64,000 nt of DNA. Source: Candidatus Palauibacter sp. (GTDB lineage Bacteria > Gemmatimonadota > Gemmatimonadetes > Palauibacterales > Palauibacteraceae). Location: NCBI RefSeq assembly GCF_965221685.1, contig NZ_OZ244907.1. The stretch is one strand, 5' to 3'. Positions 1 through 11,170 of this stretch are shown here, piece after piece (the first letter of the stretch is position 1; each line of letters begins with the position of its first letter). The translations under genes and the position numbers were made by a program. The notes beneath the pieces are model-generated. The model was not told where the DNA came from. It ran no database searches and worked only from the letters and a program-made list of their open reading frames with translations.

Positions 1-1991
1 ACGAAGCCGCCGGCGTCGGAGAAGAACACCTGTCTCGTCCCGCGTTGCGCGTCGGCCACGCCCTTCCCGTTCGAGCCGATCCTCGGGAGGCGCGGCCGGG
101 CGATCCGACCGATGGCCGTGACCGTGAAGTTCACGAGTTCGACCGGCTCTTCCGGATACCCGTGTCCATAGGCTCGCTCGTGCTCCGCGTGGAAACGGCG
201 TACCGCGTCGGCTAGCGCGGGGGCGTCCAATCCGCCGCCCGCCCCGTCGCCGGCCGCTTCACCCGGCAGCGTCACGGCCACCTCGGACGACTGCCCGGCA
301 TACCGCATCTCGATTCCGCGCCGGAACTCCATGTCCGCGGCAGCCACGCCCTCGCGCCGGAGCGTGCGTCGACCCTCCTCCTCCATCGCCTCGAAGAGCT
401 CCCGTATCCGCGCGGTGAGCCCGCCCCCCGCAACGTCCGCGTCATCGGCGGCCATGACCCGGGTGCGTGAGAACTCGTGGCGGAGGTCCGTCACGAGAAG
501 GCCGAGGGCGGACGCCGTCCCGGGGCTCGGAGGCACCACGAGCGTCGGAATCTGCATCTCCATGCACAGCCGGTTCGCGTGGAGCGGCCCGGCCCCGCCG
601 AAGGCGACCATGGTCAGCTCCCGCGGGTCGTTGCCCCGGCGCACGGTTACGAGGCGCAGCGCGTTGATCATCGTCGCGTTCGCGATCTCAATGATCCCGT
701 TGGCCGCCTCGATCGGGTCCAGCCCGAGCGGCTCGGCGCAGCGCTCCCGGATCCCGGCCGCGGCCGCCTCCACGTCGAGCGGCATCTCGCCGCCCAGGAA
801 GTATTCGGGGTTCAGCCGGCCGAGTACGAGGTTCGCGTCCGTAATCGTCGGCTCGGTCCCGCCTCGCCCGTAGCAGATGGGTCCCGGGTCCGCGCCCGCG
901 CTCCGGGGCCCCACGCGAAGCCCTCCTCCGGCGTCCACCCAGGCGAGGCTCCCCCCACCCGCGCCCACCTCCACGAGATCGATGACCGGCGTGCGGATCG
1001 GATAGCCGGCCGCCCGCGTCATCCCCTGCCCCGGCTGCGCCTGCGCGCCGACCTCGTATTCCTTCGTGACCCGGGGACGTCCGTCGAGGACCAGGCCGGC
1101 CTTCGCCGTCGTCCCTCCCATGTCGAACGAAATCAGGTCTGCGTGACCGAGCCGCCCCGCGATGAAGTTGGCGGAGACCACGCCCGCCGCCGGACCCGAC
1201 TCGACCATGAACACCGGCTTGCTCGCCGCCTGTTCCGCGGTCAGCACCCCGCCGTTCGACTGCATGACGAGAAGCTCGGCCTCGAGACCGGCCCGACCCA
1301 GCCCCTCCTCGATCCCCGCGAGATAGCGCGCGACGACGGGGACGATGCAGGCGTTGATCACGCACGTGCTGGCCCGGAAATACTCCCGGAATTCCGGACA
1401 AACGCTCGATGAGAGGGAGATGAGAAGCTCCGGATCCTCTTCCCGAAGGACTTCGGCCACCCGCTCTTCGTGAACGGGATTCGCGTAGCCGTGCAGGAGG
1501 CACACGGCGACGGACCGGACCTCGTGCGCCCGCAGCGCCGCGGCGATCTCCTGGACAGCGCCCTCATCGAGCGCCTTGAGCACGTTACCCGCCGCGTCCA
1601 GCCGCTCCGGCACCTCGAAGCACAGGTCGCGCGGCACGAGCGGGCGGAGCTTCTCGAAGTGTACGTCGTAGAGGGAAGGCCTGACCTGGCGGGCGATCTC
1701 GAGCATGTCGCCGAAGCCCTCGGTCGTTACGAAGGCCGTCTTCGGCGTCTTCCCCTCGATGAGGGAGTTGGTGGCGACCGTCGTGCCGTGGACCAGGTGG
1801 GAGATGGCGCCGGGATCGACCGCGCCGGCTTCGAGCGCGCGCGCCACCGCCGCCATGAAGCCGATGGAGGGATCCGCGGGCGTGGAAGGGACCTTCGCCG
1901 TATCGATGCGCCCCGTCTCTTCACAGATCAGAACCGCGTCCGTGAAGGTGCCGCCCACATCTATCCCGAGGTGGAACCGGTTGCCCGTCAT
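1..1991 (-). CDS. hyuA: Hydantoinase A / N-methylhydantoinase A (hydantoinase-oxoprolinase family), 3' end truncated by window start
   Basis: Reverse-strand translation from ATG at 1991..1989 gives MTGNRFHLGIDVGGTFTDAVL...HGTTVATNSLIEG...ISFDMGGTTAK, the typical HyuA ATPase-fold N-terminus. Open to position 1. Absent from the ORF track because it is edge-truncated. Confidence 0.8.
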   Translation of the reverse strand, partial: MTGNRFHLGIDVGGTFTDAVLICEETGRIDTAKVPSTPADPSIGFMAAVARALEAGAVDPGAISHLVHGTTVATNSLIEGKTPKTAFVTTEGFGDMLEIARQVRPSLYDVHFEKLRPLVPRDLCFEVPERLDAAGNVLKALDEGAVQEIAAALRAHEVRSVAVCLLHGYANPVHEERVAEVLREEDPELLISLSSSVCPEFREYFRASTCVINACIVPVVARYLAGIEEGLGRAGLEAELLVMQSNGGVLTAEQAASKPVFMVESGPAAGVVSANFIAGRLGHADLISFDMGGTTAKAGLVLDGRPRVTKEYEVGAQAQPGQGMTRAAGYPIRTPVIDLVEVGAGGGSLAWVDAGGGLRVGPRSAGADPGPICYGRGGTEPTITDANLVLGRLNPEYFLGGEMPLDVEAAAAGIRERCAEPLGLDPIEAANGIIEIANATMINALRLVTVRRGNDPRELTMVAFGGAGPLHANRLCMEMQIPTLVVPPSPGTASALGLLVTDLRHEFSRTRVMAADDADVAGGGLTARIRELFEAMEEEGRRTLRREGVAAADMEFRRGIEMRYAGQSSEVAVTLPGEAAGDGAGGGLDAPALADAVRRFHAEHERAYGHGYPEEPVELVNFTVTAIGRIARPRLPRIGSNGKGVADAQRGTRQVFFSDAGGF

Positions 1992-2159
1992 CGCGCCTCC
2001 AACGTTCGACGCGGGTGTTTCCCGTGACAAGGCACCCTCGTGCGCGACCCGGTGCGCCGCCGCATGCCACGTCTGGACGCTGTGGTCGGCGTCCGTAGGT
2101 TGGGAATCGTGGAGATCTTGCCGTGGATCATCCCCTCGTCACCCACCGGAGGAGGCCTC

Positions 2160-4106
2160 ATGGACCGCAGATCGTTCGTTCGAGCCGGACTGGCGGGAGC
2201 GGGCATGGCCGGACTCGGCTCCGCGTTCGACCCGGAGCGGCTGGCCGGAAGCGACGAGGCAGCCAGCCGCGGGCTCTCCGCGGAGACGGAGGGGGATGTC
2301 GTCATCGTGAAGGACGTGCCCGTCCCCATGCGGGACGGCCTCGACCTCATGACGGATCTCTACCTGCCGGCCGTGGACGGCGTCCCGCTGGAGGAACCCC
2401 TCCCCGCCGTCCTCGCGCGGACTCCGTACGACAAAATGCGCCCGATCTCCATCGACCACGCGATGTTCTTCGCGCGGAACGGGTACGTCTCCGTCGTCCA
2501 GGACTGCCGCGGGCGCTTCAACTCGGGGGGTGACTTCTTCCCCTTCGTGCAGGAGCCGGAGGACGGCTACGACACGGTCGAGTGGGTCGCCCGGCACCCC
2601 TCCTGCGACGGCCAGGTGGGGACGTACGGCGTGTCTTACCAGGCGTGGGTCCAGTTCGAGACCGCGACGCTGAACCCGCCCAGCCTCAAGACGATGATCC
2701 CCTACGAGGGGCCGACGAACGCCTACACCTACAGCATGAAGTGCGGCGGCGCCCTGGGTCTGGGGTTGCTGCAGTGGATTCTGTCCGTCGCGTCGAACGG
2801 GAACGAGGCGCGGGCGAACCCGCAGATCACCGAGGCGATCAACGAGATGCGGACCGGGCAGACCTTCCTCGACTGGGCCTCGCGCATCCCGTGGCGGCGC
2901 GGAGAGACGCCGCTCAGCCTCGCGCCGACCTACGAGGAAGCCGCCTTCCAGCTCTACTTCGACAACTACGACTACGGCGACTTCTGGCGGCAGCCGGGGC
3001 TGGGCATGGACGAGCACTTCGAGTCGTACCCGGATATGCCGATCCTGTGGGTCGTGGGCTGGTTCGACTGGTACCCGCGCACGATCAGCGACGGATACCA
3101 GGCGATGGAGCGCATGGGGCGGGAGAACCAGCACATCCTCATCGGCCCCTGGACGCACAACAACTTCGCCTCGTCGATCGGAGACGTGAACTTCGGCACG
3201 GAGGGCGCCCGGGTCGTCACCTACGACGACTACCTGAACCTCGAACTCCGCTGGTTCGACCGCTGGCTGAAGGGCGACGAGAGCGCCGACGTGTGGGCCC
3301 CCGCGAAGTACTTCATCATGGGCGGCGGAGACGGGCGGAAGGCGGAAAACGGGCGCCTGAATCAGGGCGGCGAGTGGCGGTACGAGGAGCACTGGCCCCC
3401 GGCCGCGGCCCGGGCCACCGAGTTCCACCTCCACGAGGGCGGAGGGCTCGCCCCGGAGGCACCCTCCGCGCGCGCCTCATCGACGACCTATACGTACGAC
3501 CCGCGCAATTCGGTCTCCAGCAACGGCCGCTGCATCGTGGCCTACGGACCCGCGCTCGAGTTCGGGTTCCAGGGGATGGGCCCGCGCGACCAGATCGAGA
3601 TGGAGACGCTGCCCGGCCACGGGATCCCCGGCATGCCCATTGCCTCCCGCCCGGACGTGCTCGTGTTCCAAACCGATCCGCTCCCCGATGACCTGACGAT
3701 CGCCGGAGACATCACGGCAGTCCTCTTCGTCTCATCGGACGCGCCGGACACCGACTTCTACGTGAAGCTCCTCGATGTCCACCCGACGAGCCCGGACTAC
3801 CCGAGCGGCTACGCCTTCCCGGTCTCCGAGGGGATCCTCCGAGCACGCTACCGGGACGGGTTCGAGCAGTCCGTGCTCATGGAGGAGGGGGAGGTCTACC
3901 GCCTCGAGTTCCCGCTCGAACCCGCGGCGAACCTCTTCAAGGCGGGACACCGCATCCGGGTCGACGTCTACAGCAGCAGCTTCCCCAACTTCGACATCAA
4001 CCGAAACACGGGAAATCCGCGCGACCGCACGTGGCGCGTCGCGAACAACACCGTCCACCACGAGGCCGCCCACGCCTCACACGTGCTGCTGCCCCTGATG
4101 CCCTGA
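2160..4106 (+). CDS. CocE/NonD family hydrolase (X-Pro dipeptidyl-peptidase S15-like) with twin-arginine signal peptide
   Basis: MDRRSFVRAGLAGAGMAGL TAT motif follows a GGAGGA RBS at 2148-2153. Internal TPYDK...GYVSVVQDCRGRFNSGG...GVSYQAW is characteristic of the CocE/NonD alpha/beta hydrolase family. Start trimmed from ORF-track 2040 to 2160. Confidence 0.8.
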   Translation: MDRRSFVRAGLAGAGMAGLGSAFDPERLAGSDEAASRGLSAETEGDVVIVKDVPVPMRDGLDLMTDLYLPAVDGVPLEEPLPAVLARTPYDKMRPISIDHAMFFARNGYVSVVQDCRGRFNSGGDFFPFVQEPEDGYDTVEWVARHPSCDGQVGTYGVSYQAWVQFETATLNPPSLKTMIPYEGPTNAYTYSMKCGGALGLGLLQWILSVASNGNEARANPQITEAINEMRTGQTFLDWASRIPWRRGETPLSLAPTYEEAAFQLYFDNYDYGDFWRQPGLGMDEHFESYPDMPILWVVGWFDWYPRTISDGYQAMERMGRENQHILIGPWTHNNFASSIGDVNFGTEGARVVTYDDYLNLELRWFDRWLKGDESADVWAPAKYFIMGGGDGRKAENGRLNQGGEWRYEEHWPPAAARATEFHLHEGGGLAPEAPSARASSTTYTYDPRNSVSSNGRCIVAYGPALEFGFQGMGPRDQIEMETLPGHGIPGMPIASRPDVLVFQTDPLPDDLTIAGDITAVLFVSSDAPDTDFYVKLLDVHPTSPDYPSGYAFPVSEGILRARYRDGFEQSVLMEEGEVYRLEFPLEPAANLFKAGHRIRVDVYSSSFPNFDINRNTGNPRDRTWRVANNTVHHEAAHASHVLLPLMP

Positions 4107-4127
4107 CGCGGATCGCACGGCGTGGCG

Positions 4128-5735
4128 CTACTGCTTCGGCGTGCCGGTGGCCCAGTCGAGGGCGATGGGGTTCGTGGGGAGCGCGTCGATGTCGACGACC
4201 CGGCCACCCCTGATGACCGTCGATAGTTGCCGGATGTTCGCGATGTCGGTGAGCGGGTCCGCGTCGAGGACCAGGACGTCCGCCGCCTTTCCCGCCTCGA
4301 GCGTGCCGTACTCGTCGAGCGCCTTGCTCGCGATGGCGCCGTTCTTCGTCGCGGCCGTGATCGCCTCCATGGGCGTCATGCCGAGTTCGACCAGCCCCTC
4401 GATCGCGAAGATCGTGCCCAGGCCGGGCAGCTGGTGCTCCATGTTCTCGGGTTCCTCGCGCAGGAAGTCCGCGGCCACGCCGCCGCGTCCGAACAGGGTG
4501 TTGTCCGTGCCGACCGTCACGATGCAGCCGGCCTCGATGAGCTTCTTCGAGTTCGTCCGCTTCGTCGTCCAGCGTCCCTCCATCACGGATCCCGGCTGCG
4601 GGAGGCCGGTGTCCTGGACACGGCGGCGGATCTCCGCGGTCGTCGGGGGGATGCGTCGGTGGCGCTCACCGGCCTGGGCCTCGGCGAGTTCCTCCCGGGC
4701 GCGCTCCATGTTGCGGACGTGGAACTGCCAGCTGGGGCCCGTGAACTGGTTGATGAGCATCGAGCACACGATGTCGCGCTCCACGATCATGTCAACGAGT
4801 TCATCGGTGATCGTGCGGTTCCCGACGTTGTCCGGGTGCTGGATGAGGTCGATCCCCGCGAGAATCGAGAGACGGAGGCCCTCCAGGCTTGTGGCGTGGG
4901 TCTCGGCCACGAGGCCGCGCTTGTGCGTCTCCTCGACGATCACCCGCTGGGCGCGCGGTGAGAACGAGATCCCCGCCGGATAGTTGAAGTGGTGCGTGGC
5001 GCCGTACTTGATGAAGTCGGGCCCGTGGTCGAGGTAGGCATTGATCGCGGCCCGCAGTTCGTCCGGCGTCATGTGCATCATTTCCTCGCCGCTTCCGAGC
5101 GTGACTTCATCGTTCATCTGCTCGGCGAAGAAGCTGATCTCCGACTCGGGAAGCCCGGCGAAGGTCTCCGAGGCGGGCCCGCCCCAGCCCACGATGTTGC
5201 CGGCGAGGTAGGTGCGCGGGCCCACCTCCTCCCCGGAGTCGATCTTCTTCTTGACCCGCTGCATGGGCCGCAGCACGCCGTAGCTGTCGCGGACGGTCGT
5301 CACGCCGTGCTTGAGGTGGAGCTGAAGCCCCTGCACGATGAGTTGCTCGTGGTGGGGCCAGTACGCCGCGTGCTCCTCGACGCGCGCGCCGCGCCCGAAG
5401 GCGAGCGACATGTGGACGTTGGTGTCCACGAACCCCGGCGTGACGAACTTCCCGCTCCCGTCGATCACTTCGGCGCCCTCAGGGACGGCCACCGACGCGC
5501 GCGGACCGACGGCGGAGATCCGGTCGCCTTCGATGACGATCGTCCCGTCGGCGATGGGGACGCCCCCGTGTCCGTCGATGATCGTCGCCCCGACGATGGC
5601 GAGGCGCGCCGGGGATTCCTGTGCGACAGCGCAAGCGGGGACTAACGTGCTGGTCAATACTGCAAGGAGACCTGTGCGAGCGAACGCACCGACCTTTGAC
5701 GAATGACCCCTCTTTCCATCCGGTCGTGCTTGCAT
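4128..5735 (-). CDS. Amidohydrolase family metal-dependent hydrolase, secreted (signal peptide)
   Basis: 570-aa ORF. Signal-like MQARPDGKRGHSSKVGAFARTGLLAVLTSTLVPACAVAQ chosen as start (alternative upstream Met at 5840). Core IVGATIIDGHGG...VDTNVHM and C-terminal GTD...HAL motifs are typical of the amidohydrolase superfamily. Ends with TAG. Confidence 0.7.
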   Translation of the reverse strand: MQARPDGKRGHSSKVGAFARTGLLAVLTSTLVPACAVAQESPARLAIVGATIIDGHGGVPIADGTIVIEGDRISAVGPRASVAVPEGAEVIDGSGKFVTPGFVDTNVHMSLAFGRGARVEEHAAYWPHHEQLIVQGLQLHLKHGVTTVRDSYGVLRPMQRVKKKIDSGEEVGPRTYLAGNIVGWGGPASETFAGLPESEISFFAEQMNDEVTLGSGEEMMHMTPDELRAAINAYLDHGPDFIKYGATHHFNYPAGISFSPRAQRVIVEETHKRGLVAETHATSLEGLRLSILAGIDLIQHPDNVGNRTITDELVDMIVERDIVCSMLINQFTGPSWQFHVRNMERAREELAEAQAGERHRRIPPTTAEIRRRVQDTGLPQPGSVMEGRWTTKRTNSKKLIEAGCIVTVGTDNTLFGRGGVAADFLREEPENMEHQLPGLGTIFAIEGLVELGMTPMEAITAATKNGAIASKALDEYGTLEAGKAADVLVLDADPLTDIANIRQLSTVIRGGRVVDIDALPTNPIALDWATGTPKQ

Positions 5736-5902
5736 GGTTTTCTCAACTCCGGTCGGTACCGTCCATTGGCGTGTGCGGGCGAAGCCCGGACGAGCGCTCG
5801 CGATGCTTCTTACGTTGAGCCCAGCAGCCGAGATTGCCAAGAAGGGCGATCGTTCAAGGGAAGGATGTCGTCGTCGGCAGGCGACAGCGGAAAGGCCGGT
5901 TC

Positions 5903-6325
5903 TTACGTCAACCGCTCGAACTTGCCTCGGTCCGAGATGCCGAAGATAAACGGCCGCTCGGTCTTGGCGGCTAGCTCCTTGATCCTTTGAAGGTGCTTGA
6001 GGATCAGGATGGCTAGTTCATCCGTGGACCTCTCTGCGCGACCGGTGAACACGAAGGCTCCCACGCCCGCCCCCAACAGGGCGCGACGCTCATGTGGACG
6101 GGAGCGAATGCGTTTGTCTTGAGTAACGAGGAACCAGCCTTTGTCGCCGATGGCAGGCAGGAATCGCACGTCCGGCGTCCCTCGCTCGAATTCGTCGAGC
6201 AGATGAACCACATCGTGTTCAAGTGCCCGGAGGGCTCGCACGATGCGGTCACTGACGTTCTCGTCAAAGAATAGAGTGGGCTCCGACGGCGTGATGCCGC
6301 TAGGCGGCACGGAGGATTCGTTCAA
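5903..6325 (-). CDS. DUF5615-family PIN-like protein (putative toxin of a DUF433/DUF5615 pair)
   Basis: LFFDENVSDRIVRALRALEHDVVHL...FLVTQDKRI matches the DUF5615 consensus (FLADENIS..LV..LR..GHDV.HV). Overlaps the upstream DUF433 gene by about 26 nt on the same strand. Confidence 0.55.
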   Translation of the reverse strand: MNESSVPPSGITPSEPTLFFDENVSDRIVRALRALEHDVVHLLDEFERGTPDVRFLPAIGDKGWFLVTQDKRIRSRPHERRALLGAGVGAFVFTGRAERSTDELAILILKHLQRIKELAAKTERPFIFGISDRGKFERLT

Positions 6326-6908
6326 ATCTCAAGGCTGCGCGCGCCGGTTCCGAATCAAGGCGGTAGGCGTCGGCCGCGTCCGCGACGGACGTGCGCGTTG
6401 CAAGTGCCGCGATCACGTCCGTGCGAACCCCCGTGCCTTCGACCACTGGGGCTCCAAAGGCGACGGCGGGGTCCAGGGTGACGGGGAATGCTCGTCCCAG
6501 CGGCCACCATTTGTGAGCGAGGGACCTCTTGTCGTCAAACGCCACTTCGTCCAGGAATCCCTCAACCAATCCACCCGCTTGGATTTGGAGATGGCCTCGG
6601 TGCGTCAATTCGAGGAAGTCAGGTGCTCCGTCCGAAGACAAGAACTCGATGAACACGTTCCTGTCCGCCGTGTAGACCCGACGAGAGGCAAAAGGATGCG
6701 CAACGGGGTAGTGCTGCTGCGCATATCGACGTGCCTTCCTGATTCGCTGTAGGGAGAGGCCGCGATCGATCAGAACCTTCACCACCCGCAGTTCAATCAG
6801 ATCAACAAAGGAAAGGGCAACCAGCCCCCGCCTCTCCGGAAGCGATGGCGGGATCAGCGCGGGGCGTCGAACCGGAGTGACTTCACCACGTCGGTAGGTG
6901 TACCCCAT
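6300..6908 (-). CDS. HTH plus DUF433 domain protein (putative antitoxin partner of DUF5615)
   Basis: C-terminus VTLDPAVAFGAPVVEGTGVRTDVIAALATRTSVADAADAYRLDSEPARAALRFE matches DUF433. An upstream YTRAEAARLLGVHATRLNRWV segment is HTH-like. The ORF-track start (7256) overlaps tRNA-Pro, so the start was trimmed to the internal Met at 6908. The true start may lie between 6908 and about 6980 with a non-ATG codon. Confidence 0.45.
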   Translation of the reverse strand: MGYTYRRGEVTPVRRPALIPPSLPERRGLVALSFVDLIELRVVKVLIDRGLSLQRIRKARRYAQQHYPVAHPFASRRVYTADRNVFIEFLSSDGAPDFLELTHRGHLQIQAGGLVEGFLDEVAFDDKRSLAHKWWPLGRAFPVTLDPAVAFGAPVVEGTGVRTDVIAALATRTSVADAADAYRLDSEPARAALRFERILRAA

Positions 6909-7214
6909 AACCCAACGGTTGAGCCTGGTTGCGTGGACGCCCAGGAGTCGCGCGGCCTCGGCACGCGTGTAGAAGCCGACGCCGAGTCCGATCTCTCTAC
7001 TAGCCTTCGTCACCTCCGGCTTTCGCGATGACTGCAACCGCTGACTCCTCCTTGTGAACGCTGAACGTGGCGCCAGGGCAGCGGCCACCAACGGCGGCCC
7101 CGACCGAGGCTGCCGACTCTCCAGATTGAAGCAGCAACGCCCAAGCAAGAGCACGGCGTCGACCACGTCATTGTAATGTGGGCAGCTGGAAGCTGCTGCG
7201 ATGAAGCGGAAAAA

Positions 7215-7288
7215 TCGGGGCGGCGAGATTTGAACTCGCGACCTCCTGAACCCCATTCAGGCGCGCTACCGGGCTGCGCCACGCCCCG
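7215..7288 (-). tRNA. tRNA-Pro (anticodon GGG)
   Basis: Reverse complement folds as CGGGGCG/TG/GCGC-AGCCCGGTA-GCGC/G/CCTGA-ATGGGGT-TCAGG/AGGTC/GCGAG-TTCAAAT-CTCGC/CGCCCCG/A. 74 nt. Anticodon loop AUGGGGU. Confidence 0.85.
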
Positions 7289-7436
7289 ATGTGGAGCGTG
7301 AAGCTAGCTTGTACCGTGATAGGGTCAAGCTGACGGCCGAACGGCTCGACGCTCCCACAGCCGACATCGACGACATGATTGCTGAGATCGCCGCTGGCAG
7401 GGCTTGAAGCACTGAGCCTAGCGCCGACATCGTCAT

Positions 7437-7460
7437 ATCCATATATTAGGATTTATGGAT
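7437..7460. promoter_or_regulatory. AT-rich inverted repeat ATCCATA-N10-TATGGAT overlapping the sahR start codon; candidate operator/promoter element
   Basis: 7-nt arms at 7437-7443 and 7454-7460 are exact reverse complements within a locally AT-rich stretch (catatccatatattaggatttatggatacg) in an otherwise GC-rich genome. Confidence 0.3.
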
Positions 7461-8432
7461 ACGATGACCCTCCGGGCGCCGGCCCCGACGCGGGATCTTC
7501 TCTCACGCTTCGAATCCCTCGGGGACGAGAACCGTCTCAGGATCCTCACACTCCTGAACCGGAACGAGTTCACGGTGTCCGAACTCGTCTCCGTTCTGCA
7601 GCTCCCGCAGTCCACCGTCTCGCGCCACCTGAAGGTGCTCGCGGATGACGGTTGGGTGCGCCGACGGCAGGAGGGGAAGACTCGGTACTACCGGATGGAA
7701 GGCGACCTCGAGCCGGAAGCGCGGGAGCTGTGGCGGCTGGCAGAGGGGAGCCTCGCAGGCGCCCGCTGGATCGCGGACGACGCCGAGCGGGCCGAGAGCG
7801 TGCTCGCCGAGCGCCGGGACCGGGCCGCGGCCTTCTTCTCGGAGTCGGCGGCGAGATGGGACACGCTGCGGGACGAGTTGTTCGGGCGCGACGCGCGGTT
7901 CGCGGCGCTGTTCGGCCTGCTCGATCCGGAGTGGGTCGTGGGAGACCTGGGCGCGGGCACCGGAACGCTCGCGAACATGGTCGCCCCCTTCGTGAAGCGC
8001 GTCATTGCGGTCGACCGCTCGCCGGAAATGCTCGAAGCGGCAGCCGTCCGGCTGGGCGACTGCGGTAACGTCGATGTCCGTCAGGGCGAGTTGGAGTCGC
8101 TCCCCGTCGGCGACGGGGAACTCGACCTCGCCGTGCTGATGTTCGTCCTCCATTTCACCGTGGAACCCGGACGGGCGCTGGCGGAGGCCGCGAGGACCTT
8201 GGCCCCCGGCGGCAGACTCCTCGTGCTCGACATGCGCGCGCACGCGCGGGAGGAGTATCGCGAGACCATGGGCCACCTTTGGCCCGGCTTCACGGAGGAG
8301 CAGATGCGGGACTGGACGGGTCTCGCCGGCCTCACAGCGTACCGTCACATTCCGCTCGCCCCGGATCCCGAGGCGTCCGGACCGGCCCTCTTCGCGGCCA
8401 CCGCCAGGAAAGCTGCCTGCAACGCTGGCTAG
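7455..8432 (+). CDS. sahR: SahR-like transcriptional regulator: ArsR-family HTH fused to a SAM-dependent methyltransferase-like domain
   Basis: N-terminus LGDENRLRILTLLNRNEFTVSELVSVLQLPQSTVSRHLKVLADDGWV is an ArsR/SmtB winged HTH. C-terminal VGDLGAGTGTLANMV...AVD...LDLAVLMFVLHF is a class I MTase fold. It lies directly upstream of ahcY, as described for SahR. Confidence 0.8.
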   Translation: MDTMTLRAPAPTRDLLSRFESLGDENRLRILTLLNRNEFTVSELVSVLQLPQSTVSRHLKVLADDGWVRRRQEGKTRYYRMEGDLEPEARELWRLAEGSLAGARWIADDAERAESVLAERRDRAAAFFSESAARWDTLRDELFGRDARFAALFGLLDPEWVVGDLGAGTGTLANMVAPFVKRVIAVDRSPEMLEAAAVRLGDCGNVDVRQGELESLPVGDGELDLAVLMFVLHFTVEPGRALAEAARTLAPGGRLLVLDMRAHAREEYRETMGHLWPGFTEEQMRDWTGLAGLTAYRHIPLAPDPEASGPALFAATARKAACNAG

Positions 8433-8471
8433 AACCCCTTAACGACGACTGAACACCGAAGGAGATAGACG

Positions 8472-9965
<1,494 letters not shown>

Positions 9966-9984
9966 CACGAAACGGAGCAGGAGA

Positions 9985-10815
9985 ATGTCCCCAGGAGTGT
10001 CGACGACGGGTTTGCTTGGCTGCCTGGTGTTGGCGGCGTTCGGAGCGCCGGCGGGTCTCGCCGCCCAGGCGGACGAAGGCACGGCCGGGGACGGCGGCTT
10101 CTACCTCGGTCTGGCGTTTCCGCTCGGGCAGATGAGCGCGACGATGGAGAAGTCGGTGGACAACACGGCGCCCAACACGCTGGTGCCGGAGCCCAGGCGA
10201 GGGCAGGTCTTCGAAGACGAGGCCTCCGGGGACGGTCTCTCGTATGGGGTCGGTGTGGTCGCAGGGTACCGGCTGCCGTTCTCCGGTGGGGCCTATTTCC
10301 TGGATGCGGCCGCTGAATTGGAGACGCACGGCGGCGAGGTGGAGGCGCGGTTCGCGGGCGTGGGGGTGTCGCCGGAACGGAAACAGCTCGGAGAGAGTTG
10401 GCCGGACCGGTGGACCCTCGGGAAGGAAACGAGCTACGGGATGACGCTGAGGCTCGGCGGCAGTCCGGGAGGGCTGCGAACGCGGGGCATCAGCCTGCAC
10501 GTCCTCGCCGGCGTCCGCTTTGCCGGTGCGCGGTTCACCAACTACTCCGACGGTTGTTTCACGACCGAACCCTGCGATCCCTCTCAGTTCGTGTCCGGTC
10601 AGGAGGACCGCGACATGGACTTCACGGTCTGGAAGTCCGGGATCGGACTGGAAAAGACCTTGAGCGAGCGCGTCGCGTTCCGGATCGAGGCCAGCTATTC
10701 GGTTTACGCCGAGGAAGATTGGATCACGGAGTTCAACGATGTGGTCGTCACGGTCCGTTCGAGCATGAAGGCAAGCGAAGCGGGACTGACCGCAGGCCTG
10801 CTCCTGCGCCCCTGA
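9985..10815 (+). CDS. Outer-membrane beta-barrel protein (OmpA-like/porin-family beta-barrel domain), signal peptide
   Basis: N-terminal signal LLGCLVLAAFGAPAGLAAQA. Alternating hydrophobic/aromatic beta-strand pattern (GVVAGYRLPF, VLAGVRFAGARF, FRIEASYSVYA). AGGAG RBS. Confidence 0.5.
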   Translation: MSPGVSTTGLLGCLVLAAFGAPAGLAAQADEGTAGDGGFYLGLAFPLGQMSATMEKSVDNTAPNTLVPEPRRGQVFEDEASGDGLSYGVGVVAGYRLPFSGGAYFLDAAAELETHGGEVEARFAGVGVSPERKQLGESWPDRWTLGKETSYGMTLRLGGSPGGLRTRGISLHVLAGVRFAGARFTNYSDGCFTTEPCDPSQFVSGQEDRDMDFTVWKSGIGLEKTLSERVAFRIEASYSVYAEEDWITEFNDVVVTVRSSMKASEAGLTAGLLLRP

Positions 10816-10936
10816 AGTCGGGCGCCAGTGTGGTGTCGCGAGAGTAACGCGTCACTCGACCCTTTGAGTTGCGAGGATGCGCGGAAGTGTGTAATCGTTA
10901 CACACCACGCCCCGACGTATCCCGGAGGAGAACGAC

Positions 10937-11170
10937 GTGGCTCGACGGGTCAACATCATGATGGACGAGGACTCGTGGCGTGTGCTGCAAGGGCTCCCGC
11001 GCGGCACTCGCAGTCGCGCCGTCAACGAAGCCATCCGCGCGTGGTCGGACGCTTCCAGGAAGCGGGACGCCTCCGCCCGGATGGACGCATTGCGCGCGCG
11101 GTTGCCCGCAGTCGAGACCGATCGAATCGTCCGCTGGATCCGTGAGGAGCGGGAGCAACGGCTGCCGTGA
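10937..11170 (+). CDS. vapB: VapB-type antitoxin (ribbon-helix-helix/CopG-like)
   Basis: 77-aa protein; GTG start after a GGAGGAG RBS. Its stop overlaps the GTG start of the downstream PIN gene (GTGA at 11167-11170). Confidence 0.6.
   Translation: MARRVNIMMDEDSWRVLQGLPRGTRSRAVNEAIRAWSDASRKRDASARMDALRARLPAVETDRIVRWIREEREQRLP

Noticed and set aside
2139-3434. 431-aa minus-strand ORF inside the CocE/NonD gene, and 369-aa plus-strand off-frame ORF 2582..3691
   Set aside because: Low-complexity Arg/Pro/Gly-rich translation. The CocE/NonD frame is clearly coding.
6909-7256. N-terminal extension of the DUF433-HTH ORF up to 7256
   Set aside because: Overlaps tRNA-Pro(GGG) (7215-7288). The extension translation (MGFRRSRVQISPPRFF...) is not protein-like. 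Start moved to the internal Met.
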